NCBI RefSeq assembly: GCF_002113885.1
Contig: NW_018407978.1
Span: 216,693 to 280,692, forward strand
Length of the DNA: 64,000 bases
Direction: 5' to 3'
Origin: Mizuhopecten yessoensis
Lineage: Eukaryota
Positions 14,197 to 27,800 of this stretch are shown piece by piece. The notes under the pieces were generated by a model. The model searched no databases. It worked only from the letters and a program-made list of their open reading frames with translations, and was not told the origin of the DNA. A program made the position numbers and the translations under genes. Within the stretch, counting starts at the first letter, position 1. Every line of letters starts with the position of its first letter.

Positions 14197-17100
14197 ATGG
14201 ATATTGGATGGGTGGTACGGAAAGCTGAGCAAATTTTTAACCGCTTTTGGGGCAGAAATATGGAGAAATCAGTTTGGGAGAATCTACCGGATGTGGCTAT
14301 GATAGAAGTATTCAAACTACTGAGGGACCCGGACAAGGCCAACCTCGCACTCACATGTACAAACTGGGCACGCCTCTTTTACACGCCAAGCTTGTGGCGT
14401 AACAGACATTTCGACATGGGCGGGTACAAGTGTCACACGAATGGCGTACGCGCAAACAAGTTCGCGGATCAGTTGGGTGCGTACGTGGAATACCTGTCAA
14501 TCACATGTAGTCATCCTTCTTACCATATTACGAAAGCGTTCCAGGAAAGTATGGAAGACCTCCTTGTCAAATTCAGGGGGAGTCAACTCAAAGAATTTGA
14601 GATGGAGCGCCTTGAACTGGACCGGTTCTGGAAGCACGATTCAGCAAGAGATAAATTCATGAACAGCTTCGTTAAATTCTTCAAAACACAGAAGCGTTTG
14701 AAGGTGTTTGATATGACTGCAGCCCAATGTGTTCTTACCGGGGGATTGAAAATTATTGAAGCGGTTGGTCAAAAGTCAGGTAAAACTCTGGAAGAAATCT
14801 ACATAGAAGACTTTTTCCCTGCGCGATTTACAGTGTACAGTGTCGAAAGGTTCCAAATGGCATTGTCTTTTTTTACCAATCTCAGTTACATTGCTGTTAA
14901 TTACCACTGTATATCAGAAGAAATAATTGAAATGTTTTCAAAAACATTAGCAGGAAAATTAAAATTTTTCAATATTAAGGTGTATAGGAATAATCCTCAC
15001 CTTCACAGAATATCACCGTTTGCCTGGAAACAGTTGACGACCGTTTGTCCGAAGCTGCAGGTCATGTTCTGGTTCGATAGCGTGGCTAAATCTACAGAGA
15101 TTATCCCAATACTGGTACCAGAGATCCCCGTACAGGACGTACACATCTGGACAGGGTACGAAGACGATGTGGACTGGAACCTCAGCCACACAATAACCCA
15201 CATCGCGAACAGCTATGCCGCAACGCTAGGTAAGCTATTTATAGATACAACGCTATTTGCAGATTTACGCGACATCGCGCAAGTAACGTTTTCAAACTTC
15301 GCGGACAGCTTCTCATACGCAAGTTAGTACACGCGTCTAATTTTGTTCCGTCCCCGCAGTCAGGTAAGTATACTCCGCAACGCCAGAAAGCAACGTTCGC
15401 GTCAAAAAGTCCCCGCAGCACTAGATATAATACTCAGTAACGCGAACATAAGCGCTGAATAACCTCTTTTTCTGAGACTTGTGATTTATACAGGCCTGTT
15501 AGTCCTTTTTTTATAACTGAATACCCATTTTTTTTAAATTAATCATCCTCGATATCCAGGGGTTACGCTCTCTTTCGCTCTCTACACCCCTGGAATATGT
15601 CATAGCAAAATTGAAGGCACGAAGATAGCTGTTTGATTGGTCTCAAAATAAACCTGACCAATCGCTAGGATGCCTGTCCTTTGAAGGTTACAAAGGAGAG
15701 ACGCCCGACTTCAAAGCCTGTCAACTTTTACCGTTACGTGACCGCGAGATTCTTTTGATGTATATCAAAGGATTGAACTAGAGTCCTTGTCTCATCAACA
15801 AGGTGGCACACACCGAGCCTTCAATTTTACTATGACATATTCCAAGGGTGTAGAGAGCGAAAGAGAGCGTAACCCCTAGATATCGAGGATGATTAATGAA
15901 CCAATGTACAAATAGAGCTGTAACAAATTATCAGACCCCTGTGTTTTTTTCCATTTAAGTAGCATTGTCGTCTTCTTTCATAAATAAGGAGCCAGTATGT
16001 CACCATCGATGGTAAAAGCACTAAGTTGAGACATATTTGCAAAGAAATGTAAGTTAAGAGAAATTCTTTCCAGCACATGTAAATTTGATCACAACTAATT
16101 TAAATAAGCATATTTTATCACAAATCGTAACCGCTTATAATGGTTCTTTGCCATGACCTAACCCGAGTTTCCTCTGGCCCTACCACCAGACTTAGACATT
16201 TTGACATAAAGATGTTTCCCACACCAGACATCTACAATGTGTATGTCAAAATGTCTCAGTCTGGTGTTAGGGCCAGAGGAAACTCGGGCTATGCCTTGTC
16301 CAAGTCCAGTAAAACAGTTTTCAATTTTGTTCTGATTTTAAGCATTTATGCCTCTACAACGATGCTTACATTTCGATTACACAGTCTTTAAATTAAAAAT
16401 AAACCTACTTAATGTAGCGGACCTAGACTGGGCAAATCGCCGGCAACCATGTAGAGCGTCCGTCTAGAGTTCGGAGGGTCCCGGGTTCGAATCCTGGTCT
16501 TGCCGTGCATTCCTCTTGTTACATTTTCACAAAACATAACAAATGGAATTATTACATGTTAAAGTTTTCCGGAGTTATTCAAAAACCGATTAGGAGTAAT
16601 AGGAAGGGGAGGGGGGGCGATCATTTCGGTTTCCTGTCTGTTTTACATTTGTCGCCTAGCGAAATGGTAATTGTATAAAAAATGTCTGTTTCACCAATTG
16701 ATCAAACGGTCTAAATCACAGTGACTTGTCACATATCAATGGGCTACCGTAATGCAAACTTATATGTGACGTCTTTGTGGTTTAAACAAAAAGAACCTTC
16801 CCAGAATGATAGCAGATAGAGTTTTCTTTGTTCAAAGACTATGATAATATGAAACTAATTTGATTGCAAAAATTACCTAATTTGCATTTTAACTTTAACA
16901 GTACCTACCTAGTCCAGAGAGATTTGCGCAAGTACCAAACCGCTAGATACCAGTACAAGATTCTTTTTTATCTAACGTCATGTTTTAAACAAAGCAGATA
17001 CTATAATTAACGATATTTTAACCTATCACAAGGAACATTTTTGTTTGAACATCGCCACAAAAATTACGTAAAAAAGAAGATGTGTGTTTTCCATGAAGTC

Positions 17101-20100
17101 ATTTAATTTTCACTTCGAATGATTCTTAGGGCCCTGTGCACGTGCATCACTTTCGCTCTCTGCACCCCTGAAATATATGTCATAGCAAAATCGAACGCTC
17201 GGTGTGCCACCTTTGGATGAGACGAGAAGACCAGTTTGATCATTTAATGAACATCAAATAATAATAATACGTTTAAATTGTAACGGGGAGCGTTACATCC
17301 ACAAAATTGTGTACTAATTTTGAGCAAAACCGGACAAAGTGAAGGAATGTTGTCATCTCGTTTGCGTACACCCATAAACGTGCCAATCAAGTATAGGTCA
17401 GCAAAATTATCAAGTCCCCCACTTTGTTTGGGGGACTTAATAATAAAAAATGAAAAAGTATTAAGTTCGTTAATAACTCGCACAAAAATGCCATTTACAC
17501 ATGTCTTACTTAATTCCCGGTAATGTGTCGTTACAGGAGCAGCGTCCTTGGAGATAGATAACAACCAGGAGTTCGTGGACGAGGCGATGCTGTACCTAGT
17601 GAATAAGTGTAAGCGGCTGTTCGACCTCAGTCTCAACGCATCGGTTCTTCTGAGTACCATCGAAACTGTTCTGGAGCAAATTGACCAACGCAAATCTAGT
17701 GAGTAGTGATCAGTGGACATTGAGTATAAATTCAATCTAGAAGCTATATTTTTTTTTTGGAAGGGGAGGTAACTTTTTGAAATTATTATTCTTCTTTTGG
17801 GTACAAGGGCTCCATCAATATGCTGAAGCTTAGGCGTGAAAAAATGGGGTTATCTACAGTGATTAGATAAGATAAGTTTTTGTTTTGTGCAGGGTATAAG
17901 ATAAAAAGTAAAAGCTGGCGTATGTTCTAGTGTGTGGTGAGGGCTTCAAGGGCTGCATAGGGTACATCTTTGTATGTGTGTCTTGAAGTCCTCGAGTGTT
18001 GTGCATTTTACTGTTGCTATGGGAATGAGATTCAATAGTGATATTGTGTGTGGACAGAATGAATATTTGTATGTGTCATTTGTAGAAGATGTGTGTTTGT
18101 ACGCGTAGGGATGTGCATGTCTAGTTCGAGGGTCTACGGGTGTGAGTATAAATGTTGGGTTCATTGCTACGATTTGGTGTACAATTTTGAAGAAAAGGAT
18201 TGTAGCCGTTAGTTGTAGTTTGTGGATCATGTAAGTTACTGAGCTGGTGTTGTGATATCTGTTGTTTACGTGGCGTGCTGCTCTTCGTTGTGTTTTTTCC
18301 TATTCGTTGAATTTGGTTTGTTTTGTGTGGGTCCCAAATGGAAGAGCAGTATTCAGGTTTTGGTCTGACTAGTGCTTTGTATGCGTGTTCTTTTATATGC
18401 GGTGAGTTTATTTTAAAGTTGCGTTTGAGAATACCCAGGGACCTATTGGCATTGCCTGTAATGTTGTTTATATGTTTGTCCCATCGTAGATTATTTCGTT
18501 ATGTTAAGCCTAAGTATTTGCTGGATTCTACTTGGTGTAATGTAACTTTATCTGATTGTTTGCCCTCAAGTACTAGTAAAGGTTATTGCATGGTTTTCGA
18601 GTAACAAGGGATTTATTACACCCGAGCGAAGCGAGGGTGTAATAAGTCCCGAGCGACGAGAAATCATGCAATAACTGGCTTACTGCATGCTTCCCAACTC
18701 GAACAAAACAGAAAAGTTGAGTAAAAAATGTTCACCTGGACAATCTTTTTACCTACCCTAGCTACACTGCAGATAATCTACATGTACCTGTGTGAGTGAG
18801 TACTAATCATAACCAGGTAAGATTGTCAATAGCCCAGTCTGAGTGTATTCTTCATAATGGATACAAGTGTTTTTGGATTACTATCCAGGTCCAGTGTCAG
18901 GGAAGGTAAGGAGTGTCTGTTCAAAATACGGGAAACAATGTTGAATTTATGACTACATTTTCAGTTTAATTTTCAAGATGTGGCAAAGGTACAGGATATT
19001 GAAACCATTTTCATATATACAATGTAAGGGTTTATTAATCCCTAAGGAATTCCAGTTCTTTCAATGAATGGTATATTTGAATGTGCAATTTTGTATAAAG
19101 GAACAGCTCCTTAAGATTATAAACTTTTCCGGGAAATGCTTATCCTCTCACGTGATAAGGAAATCTTTTTGTGTTTTTCAATCATGAAATTACCATTTTT
19201 AACTTTCATTTTTCCCACCCTTATTTTAAATGTGTCAACTAAGTTGATCCTTTCCACTGTATTGACTTCATCGTTACTCACTGATTGATTATCTTCCCTT
19301 TCTTACAGCATTTGTGGCCACAGTCCACTGGGCACACCCCCTTTCATGGTCATGTAATCATGATTGGCCTTGAAAGGGGATTATGTATGCAGTGGACTGT
19401 GGTAGCAAGTGATTTATTGCCCACACTTTTCCATTGTGAGAGGTGGGAAGTATGCAGTAACAGTAGTTTGGGTGCGGAATGAGAGAAAGTCTGTAATACA
19501 TGCGTGAGTGTTCCCTGTTAATCCTGTAATATTTGAGTTTGTACTGTAGTCGTTTGTGTGGGACTTTGTCAAAAGCTTTGGCAAAGTCCATTGTTTGGTG
19601 CCAAATCGGGTAGGAATGTGGTGAGCTGTGTTTCGCAGGATCTGGAGGATCTAAAGCCGTGTTGTAGGTCATATAATACGTTGTTGTTCTTCAGATGCGT
19701 CACTGTGGCGCTTTATATGGTGTGTTCCATGAGTTAACATGTGATGCAGGTTAGTAATATCTCATTAATAGCTGTCGAAGTCTGCAAGGAGAATGTGGGG
19801 CTGGGGATGGGGTTTTCTGACACACCTTTTAAAGAGAGAGTCGGGTCAACTTCTTCCTTTCTCGGGACTATTCTCTCACACTTATTTTTTCTTCTTCGTA
19901 AGAAACGGCTAGTCAAAACCACAGGTACTAGCCTATTATAGGTGTATTGAAAGACGAGGCTAGTACCTGTGGTCAAAACAGAGGGCCGGAGCCATCCTCT
20001 CCCGTTCCCCTATATCCGCTATACAGTAATGACCACGTATAGTGGTGATCCGTGTTCTTGTGACACAGTAGGGTAAATGTTTGACTGACATGATAAACTT

Positions 20101-22027
20101 CAGAAAGTATACGCAAAACTATTTTTATTTTTATTACACCTCTACTGATTTTTGTCTATATAAAACAATACGATAAGAAATCCTACTTCCATGAAATCGC
20201 TTGAATCTCTCCATCCTAGTTGTATACCCTACACCAACATAGAACTACTCCCTGCAAGAAAGAGTACTACTCCTTTTTTATATTAATTTTGACATATAAT
20301 CGATATATATATATATGTGTGCTAATTTTTAGTAAACATTTCACTGTGTTCTAGTCAGATTAATAGGCCTGTAAATCCCAAGAATATTACAGACAAATCG
20401 AATCACGCGCGTTATGAATATTTGTCAGCTATCCTGTTCAGCGTAATACGACTATTACTCTGAACAGAATGAAGTTCAATATTTACATATATAATATTTT
20501 GATTAATATTGACAAATGATTGATATTTACATTTTCAAAAAAAGAAACAGCCGACAGCGGGTCTGTATTCATGAAACCGTTTTCAAGCTCAAACTAGGAT
20601 TCTCTGTGTTCAAGCCCAGTTTCTTGTTCTGGTGATAAATTAATCAAAGCTCATAAGTGTCAATTATTTGGGAGAATTGAAGAGATAACTTAAGCTGAAT
20701 ATTATGTTCAATGTCTAGACTTTCTGATCATGTCACATGCTTTATGCAAGTTACAAGAAAGTTGGTTTGAGCACAGTCCCATACTTGAGCATGAGCACAC
20801 TTTCATGAATTACAGGCCCCGGGGTGATCGTCTAGCCATCTCCAACGTTATGATTATGACGTCACAATTTCAATGACGTCATGATTATCACTCCAGGTTA
20901 TGGGTTTATAAATCACGAGTGACTTTGATAGGTTCATAAAGAAGCGATGCAGAGCAAAATGTAAATATTTTATTTTCAAGTACTCAAATTTCAAACAACT
21001 CATATCTCCAGCTGTAAGATGCATCGCAAGATATAAATGCTTTTGTTGAAAATGAAAAAATCTTTCATATCAATGACAAATTGATAATGGAAAATTGCAT
21101 TCTAATTTGAGGGTACTTTTCATCTTAACGACTTTCTTTGCAGTCATGAGCGCTTCATTCTCTACATTGATTGTAATACATTAATATTTTCTACAGCGGA
21201 AAAGATGCCTGGTCTAGTGGGTGATGACCTGCTTTAGTGAATGTAAAACTTGAAAAAACATTTCTTGTAATTTACAGAATATGTCGTTTTGATCCCGTTA
21301 ATGAGCATAATGACATAGATTTCTGGAAAAGTGCACAAACCAACCCAAAGTCATCGACATTTGTTTTGATAATTTTATGTTACATTTTTCCCTATTTTTG
21401 TCATTATATTGACGCAGGATCCGTTACCCCCTAGTTGGGTGTGTTGATGATATTTGTGTCACGTAGAATGGAAATCCGTATCAGGGTTACATCATTAATA
21501 TTATATATTTTTAAAAACGCCCTACTAAGCTAAGATGGTCCAGCTCTAAAGCGCTATGCTATACATATTAAGGACGCATCCGCGAATTTTGAAAAACGTA
21601 CCTTGGTGTTGGGTGGGGTAAATATAAGCTATATGTCATTCATGCAAAGGCTTCGTGTGACTGTAGGCGTTGTATTTTTATCATATTAATAGAAATGTAT
21701 CATGAAGCCGAACAAAGGTCCCTGATTTATTCCCTTTAGTTCCAACACTATTACGTGTACAAATGTATCTTAACTACCAGAAATTATATCATGCAGCCGA
21801 ACAAAGGTCCCTGATTTATTCCCAATAGTTCCTACACTATTAAATGTATCGTAATTGCCTCTATCTTTGTATCCCCAGACCTGCGCTCCCTACATATTAC
21901 GGCGTGCGGCCTGTCCGAAATGGAGTGGGCGGAACTTGGTGCCATCAAGGATAGGTTCACACACATGGCGGCTGATCGTAATATTGACCTAAACATCTCC
22001 ACAGATCTCGTACTTGACCCCTTCTGA
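14197..22027 (+). CDS. F-box protein with LRR-like/RNI-like C-terminus (FBXO39/FBXO33-like); exons 14197(or 14260)-15229, 17537-17698, 21879-22027; 426-447 aa
   Basis: F-box motif WENLPDVAMIEVFKLLRDPDKANLALTCTNWARLFYTPSLWR. Splice sites CTAG|gtaagc, ttacag|GAGC...TCTA|gtgagt and ccccag|ACCTG are all phase 1 and in frame. Exon 3 reads NLRSLHITACGL...LDPF then TGA. Confidence 0.88.
15543..15892. mobile_element. 350-bp MITE with ~80-bp TIRs, flanked by TTAA; related copies at ~17148-17245 and ~28107-28437
   Basis: TCATCCTCGATATCCAGGGGTTACGCTCTCTTTCGCTCTCTACACCC... has its reverse complement at the right end; TTAA lies on both sides. Confidence 0.85.
16159..16291. mobile_element. ~130-bp palindromic MITE; other copies at 53976-54112 and degraded at ~23615-23690
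   Basis: TIR TA(A/G)CCCGAGTTTCCTCTGGCCC...GGGCCAGAGGAAACTCGGGCTA. Confidence 0.8.
16413..16523 (+). mobile_element. Solo LTR of a tRNA-containing miniature LTR retrotransposon
   Basis: TGTAGCGG...GGGTTCGAATCCTGG (B box)...TGTTACA; same family as 31370, 33365, 51079 and 57543. Confidence 0.7.
17960..19730 (-). mobile_element. Degraded non-LTR retrotransposon (LINE) RT and 3' region, interrupted by an insertion at ~18575-19290
   Basis: Minus-strand peptides YDLQHGFR, DFAKAFDKVPHKRLQYKLKYY, AKYLGLT, NRSLGILKRNFK, AYKALVRP.EY.SSIWDPH and YKYSFCPHTI, with frameshifts and stops. Confidence 0.85.
18578..18675. mobile_element. Terminal palindrome of a non-autonomous DNA element (Crypton-like hairpin end)
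   Basis: GTTATTGCATG...TTATTACACCC-GAGCGAAGCGA-GGGTGTAATAA...CATGCAATAAC. Confidence 0.5.
19920..19971. mobile_element. 52-bp micro-MITE with 15-bp TIR and 8-bp TSD
   Basis: GTCAAAAC | CACAGGTACTAGCCT...AGGCTAGTACCTGTG | GTCAAAAC. Confidence 0.85.
20559..20819. mobile_element. MITE (PIF/Harbinger-like termini)
   Basis: GGGTCTGTATTCATGAAA...TTTCATGAATTACAGGCCC inverted termini. Confidence 0.6.
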
Positions 22028-22984
22028 TGTCATTAACCTCAGATGATCTGCATAATGGCATATGCAGCGGGATGTGACGTCATATAGGGCGGGGTGTTAC
22101 TTTATACCATCGGAAAGGTCAACAGATGGAGGAAGATGATATAGATTTAAATCACTATTTACCGGATTCTGGATCCTTTATAATTTTAACAATATCTTTA
22201 AAATATAAACGTTTTAAACAAGACCAAAGTGTTGTATGCATATACATTTTGGTTGGAATAAACATAGAAACATGCTTGGCTTTCTTTTAGATATTTTTTT
22301 TAATAATTCGGCTTCTTTCATAATTGCTTGAACATGTACTCTCTGCTTATTTATAGGTCTCGTATTTATGTAGAAGTCGCTTGAATTGTTGCACACATAT
22401 ACGATCCAGTGACCTTTCAAGTGACTCAATGTCAAAATGAAATAAATATGATAGCTCACTTCACATTAAGCTACATAGCAAATGTCGGGAAATAGTTCAA
22501 GGTAATTCATAAAAGAAATGAATGTGGACTTCTCCAGCAAGATAGACGATAACCACATTTGTAACTTAACGTTAGAAAAGTTTGCTAAGCTGTTAACCCT
22601 TAATCCAAGCGGATTTGAAAGAGTCAATTAACATCCTTCTATTTACTGTAAGCTACATACTTAATATAGTTGCCATGAATCTAAGCGTGCTAATTATACA
22701 ATAGAAGTTAACGACGCAAGCTTGATAGAAAGGTGACCGGTACTGAACCGTTGCAGATAGATATGCATTTCTCTCCTAAGGTGTGATTGACACACAATGA
22801 CGTTGGCAAACCACATCTCACATCCATAATTTGCAAAGTAGGTCAAGGTTACTATTATTTCAACAAAGTAAGAAAGCTAACGTTACAGACAATATTCTGA
22901 CTCTACCTTCGTTAGAAGACTTTAACCGATTTCATTTATATGACTTTAAAAGTTAGTCAAGAATATTTTCCTTAAACAAAGTTG

Positions 22985-23480
22985 AGGGTTTGTAAACAGT
23001 GCCAGCTAAAATCTTTCCGGATTTTTCCTGCCTCTTTGATTTGCCTTGTTTTGGCATGTTCCTTTCCAAATATTTCAGCATTGTCCCAATCGACAACATG
23101 ACTGTGGATTCATGGTCTCTTGATGACGATTATATTTCCTGGGTGGCAAATATTTTTTGCTTATTTCAGGTAAAATTGCTCATATTTTTACACCTTTTGT
23201 GTTCTTTGAAGCATATTCCAAATTTCCCGATATCTTACAATCCTTACAGGAAACTTAGGATACAAATCCTGTGTTCTTTAGAACTCCAGTGTTGTCTTTT
23301 GAGTGCACAATACCTATCGGAGTGTTGTAAATGGTCTCATGGTGGTGTTGATATGGTGTTACGTCAAATCCTGGTCATCTTGGCAAATGTATTAGAGGTT
23401 CGTTTCGCCTCGGTGATTTTTATGCAGATTAATCATTTGGGTTTACTTGTCTGCTTTCTTTTCTGTCCATGTCAATACTC
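22985..23480 (-). mobile_element. Penelope-like element GIY-YIG endonuclease remnant (degraded)
   Basis: Minus-strand fragments MRPFTTLR, VSCKDC and HVVDWDNAEIFGKEHAKTRQIKEAGKIRK resemble the PLE GIY-YIG C-terminus H.IDWDN..IL.KE...R.IKEAI.I. Confidence 0.65.
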
Positions 23481-24888
23481 TAGCTTAGCCCTACTCCAAC
23501 AATGTTAGAGGTTTTACACGGCGAAAAACTTTTGACAGGCGCCGTCGCAGTCGGCAAAATCATATCCGATTGAAAAAAGGCCGACCAGCGGCCTCTCATG
23601 TTATGGGAGTAGCTTAGCCCCAGTTTCCTACCAGACATCTATCTGTCACAATGTCCAAGTCTGATGTCAGGGGCAGAGGCCTCTAGCTACATGTATGATA
23701 CCATTGGACAAGAGGTCTTGAGACATAACATAAATACAATTCGTCATATCATCCCAAGTAGGATAAAGTACAACACAGAGACAAGAATAAAATGTTTTTG
23801 CATCATTTATTTCTTTTTCTGTCTCTTTTTACTACATACATCTTCCAGTATATGAAATTTAAGCTGAACAAAACCTCACCTCACTCAACATAACAAATGG
23901 CTTGTCTTTCTAATAACCAAATAATACCGATTTCGTTTGTTATATACAGTACTAAACCACAAACACTTAAAAATGTAATGTACAATATCAACAGTGTATT
24001 TATAAACAAAATACATAAAAAAATATATACAAAGTCAGAGTATAAGAACATTACAATGTATGTAAAATTAATAGCAATTCTATACAGATGTAACCCTTCT
24101 ATTCAGTTAACACTGGTAATTGACTCCTGTGGAAAAATCAGCAACAGTCCAATATCCATAGATTTTGAATTGACAATGTCTAATGCTGTCACTTTATTGC
24201 AAGTTGTGACAGTTTAGTGATTAATACTCGGAATTTCCGACAGATGTTTTGCTAACTGAAAATTCTGAGTTTCTTGCCAATTGAAGTCTAACAGTTAGGA
24301 TAGTTATTGCTACTAGTGTTGTAGTATTTACATTTACTCATTCACCCCTGAAGACACATTTGAACCCTTCCAATTCAAAAGTTGGAATACTTCATTATGA
24401 AATTTCAGGGGTGAATAAGTTAATAAACTGTTAAAAGTGGCACCTGGTTAGGGAAGGCCCTGTCGATCAGCATTCTATGGAAATGTCTGCATTTATGGCA
24501 CAAAACTATTCCAGTAACACTGCAAGCAGGATGCTTGTTATGGTGAATGGTCTGTTTTTCAAATATCATTACAAAATTTCCTACATTGGAAAATGTGTAA
24601 TTCCAGATAAAAAACACCTCATTGGAACCAATATGCAAACAAGGTTCCAAAGTAAAACAGTAATTAGAATGTTAGTGCTACGAAACATCTCGAACAAGAT
24701 TCTTTTCTCATTAGCAGTTCACTATGCTATTGCAGTTTTGTTGTAAAACTGTTTACGACAGACATTGCACAAATCTTTTGCAATCAGAGATGAACCTTCT
24801 AGATCAAAGAATATTGACAGAAACCTGAATTCTCACAGATTTGAGATTGCTGATATTTATTACAAGTGGCCAACATCGGTCCAACTGT

Positions 24889-27800
24889 TTACACTAGTTT
24901 GACTTCTTTGTTTGCTGATATGGTGCAGAGTTTCAATGCCCGCAGAACCTGTGGGAGATTAACGACATACATGAGTAAACTTGCAGGATAAAATCTGAAA
25001 ATATAACATCATCAGTGACTTCACAATAATTACCATACTTAGTTATTGAGGTGTTAACTGCCCATCAACACTATAAAGAGGTCTTTAGGGCCAATAACAT
25101 ACCTTACTTGAAGTTATAAGTTATTGGCCGCATTTTATTGGCAATATTGAATTATTATACAATAAATCATCATTTATTAAATGTAACCATCTTAAAGGCA
25201 GAAACTATAACATCTTGCACCTAAATGTATTTTAATATTACACAATCAACCACTATGTATGAATGATACATAATAGGTCACCATGTCTGCTCTATGATTT
25301 ATACAAACTCGTGTATAATACCTACCTTTAGTTTTGCCTCTCCTGTGTTACCAGATACCTTCAATCCCATTTTGAACATCTCTCCTGGATTAAGTGCTTT
25401 ACTACAGAATGATTTTTAGAATTTAAAAGGCATTATTTGAATGTATACAGAAAAAGGTGTACATCTCTAACAATTAAAATAAAACTGTACACAGATATAT
25501 AATGTATTTGTTAAAGATATCAAAGACATATGTTGTAAACATAGTTTTCTGTTGACAATGTAAGGGTGACCTTAATATTAGACAAGGTGATGGCATCTGC
25601 ATTTAGAGAATGTGAGGCCCTAATAAACTCTATTTTTCTATAGTAGCGGATCTTTCCAATGTTTTATTCAGAATATTTATTAACCTACACCAAAAAATGT
25701 GAAAAACTAGAACTGTAATTCGGAGGATAACTAATACCCCCACAGATGCTGGTAGTTTATACATCATTTAGTGACCTTGACGTCAACTTACTGAAATGGG
25801 AACTCGCTCAAAATAGTTTGGCTCTTTACATGTCATATAGGCGAAGTTTCATCAATATACAAACAAAATTATAATCAGCAGAGCGAGTTTTTCGGGACAA
25901 GTTATTTCGCATTAAGGACCATAACTACCTGAAATTAAAATGCTGGTGCACAACTACTTATGTAGTTATACTGATCATTCAGGTGAAGTTTCAATAAAAT
26001 CTGCCTATTAGTCAAAGTTACTGCAGACGACAGACATACAGACATCAAGCGGGGGGTTAACAAAAATTAAAATTGCAAACTTGATGCTACAATTGTTATA
26101 TACCTGTTGTTTTCTTCTTTGAAATGCCTCCAGAGTATACGATATACCTGCAAAATATAGGGCGATACAGGTCATGACATGACAATATAAATTTGGGGAT
26201 AAACGTGTTTTAAATTCTGTTTTCAATGTCTCACTAATTCAGAGTAAAAGAATGTCTATTTCATGAAAAAGAAACCATTATTGTGTAACATTGTGTGAAT
26301 GTTTAGACAGATAGAGATGTGAATACCTTGCTTGTGCCCTACATCCTATTTACAGCTATATGATCATTTAAGGAAGAGCAAGGTTTTGGTGGAAAACAGG
26401 AGTACTCCGAGAAAAACCACCAACCTGCAGACAATAAATAGCAACTGCCTCATATGCATGTAGGTCACGAACCTGTGACCCACTGGTGGTCGACTAGTGA
26501 TCGTAGACGTCAAACACCTTGACCACACTCGGCCGCCAAGTATCTGTATACTAACAGAAATGACCTCCCAATTAGGCTTATAAATACTAACAGAATTGAT
26601 TTCCTTTTCACACTTACAGTATTGATGTCCGCTAGTTTACACCTGCCTCGGATTAGTTCAGACACAGATTCAAACTCCTCCTGTGTTATATCTAAACACT
26701 CGGAGGAATCAGCACGCCGTGACGAGGGAGACAACTGTGGTTCTGGAACTTTAATAAAGACATAATTGTAGTAGTTAATATAAGTGTCTCTATACATTCT
26801 ATAGAGGTTTTCTGTATTGGTCATAAGTATAAACTAACACAGTTCATACCAGTAGATACTTTAGGTACAATAAACTTAGTTACAACAATTACCTCCAGGG
26901 TCATTGCGTTAGTACAACCTTTAATTATCTGCTTTTAAATAATTTGCTCATAATATGTTTGCATTGTGGACAAATATTTTCCTAAATTGCACAATTCTTT
27001 CATATTCATGGCATAACAATAAAATCAAAATGTGCACCCGCAATGGTTATCTTGGTGACTAAAATACAGGGCTTTCAGTTCTCTTTAGAATTTTTTACTT
27101 CACAAAATAGCTCCGACTCTCAGGTTTGGAAGGATATATGTCTATTAGACATGTGTTTTGACTCTTCAGATTTCAAGGAAAAGGAGATTTGACTTCTGAA
27201 ATTGCTAGATTGATATCAAGGGTCATTTGAAAGACCTAAATTAGAAAAGTGATATTGACAATGTTGATGGTATTGTGTAAATTTAAAAACCCATTTAACT
27301 GTTCCAGGAAAACAAGAATGGGGTATCGATATACACAACTAAAAAGAAATATCTATTTGAGGCCAGACTCATGTATTCCTTGTGGAATTCGTCTGCTGAG
27401 TAACACAGAATTTCGCTGAACTTTTTGCACGGACGTTGGATCTCCCCATCCCCGTATTTTACAACAATTTTTTTTTCCAAACTCATTCTCGGAGGTCCGG
27501 ATGGAAGCAAGTAGAGGATTTTTGAATATGGGAGAAAATAAACATGAGTGCCTGGAGAAAACCCATGTGGTTGGGCAGGTATAATTACCTTTTCTTTTCT
27601 GACCAGGGAATCAAACGTGAATATCCTAGTGAAAGGTGAGTGCGTTTTCTACCTGACCACAGTGGTATGGATAAAGTGTTACAATGCCAAATTAAAATTG
27701 GTACTCACTTGTGCAAACTGCTGGTTTTGAGAGTTCCTCAGGTACTTCGGGAGCTGTGTTGGGTATACCAGTGCTGGTTGATTCCTCTTCCGTGTTGTGG

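Noticed and set aside
15230-15327. C-terminal part of the 376-aa F-box ORF (also the N-terminal MPCCFYR of the 431-aa ORF)
   Set aside because: These are read-through into introns; strong splice sites and in-phase partner exons define the true ends.
17244-17735. 163-aa minus-strand ORF
   Set aside because: It is the antisense shadow of F-box exon 2 plus intron.
22999-23508. 169-aa plus-strand ORF
   Set aside because: It is antisense to a decayed Penelope-like element and has no recognisable domain.
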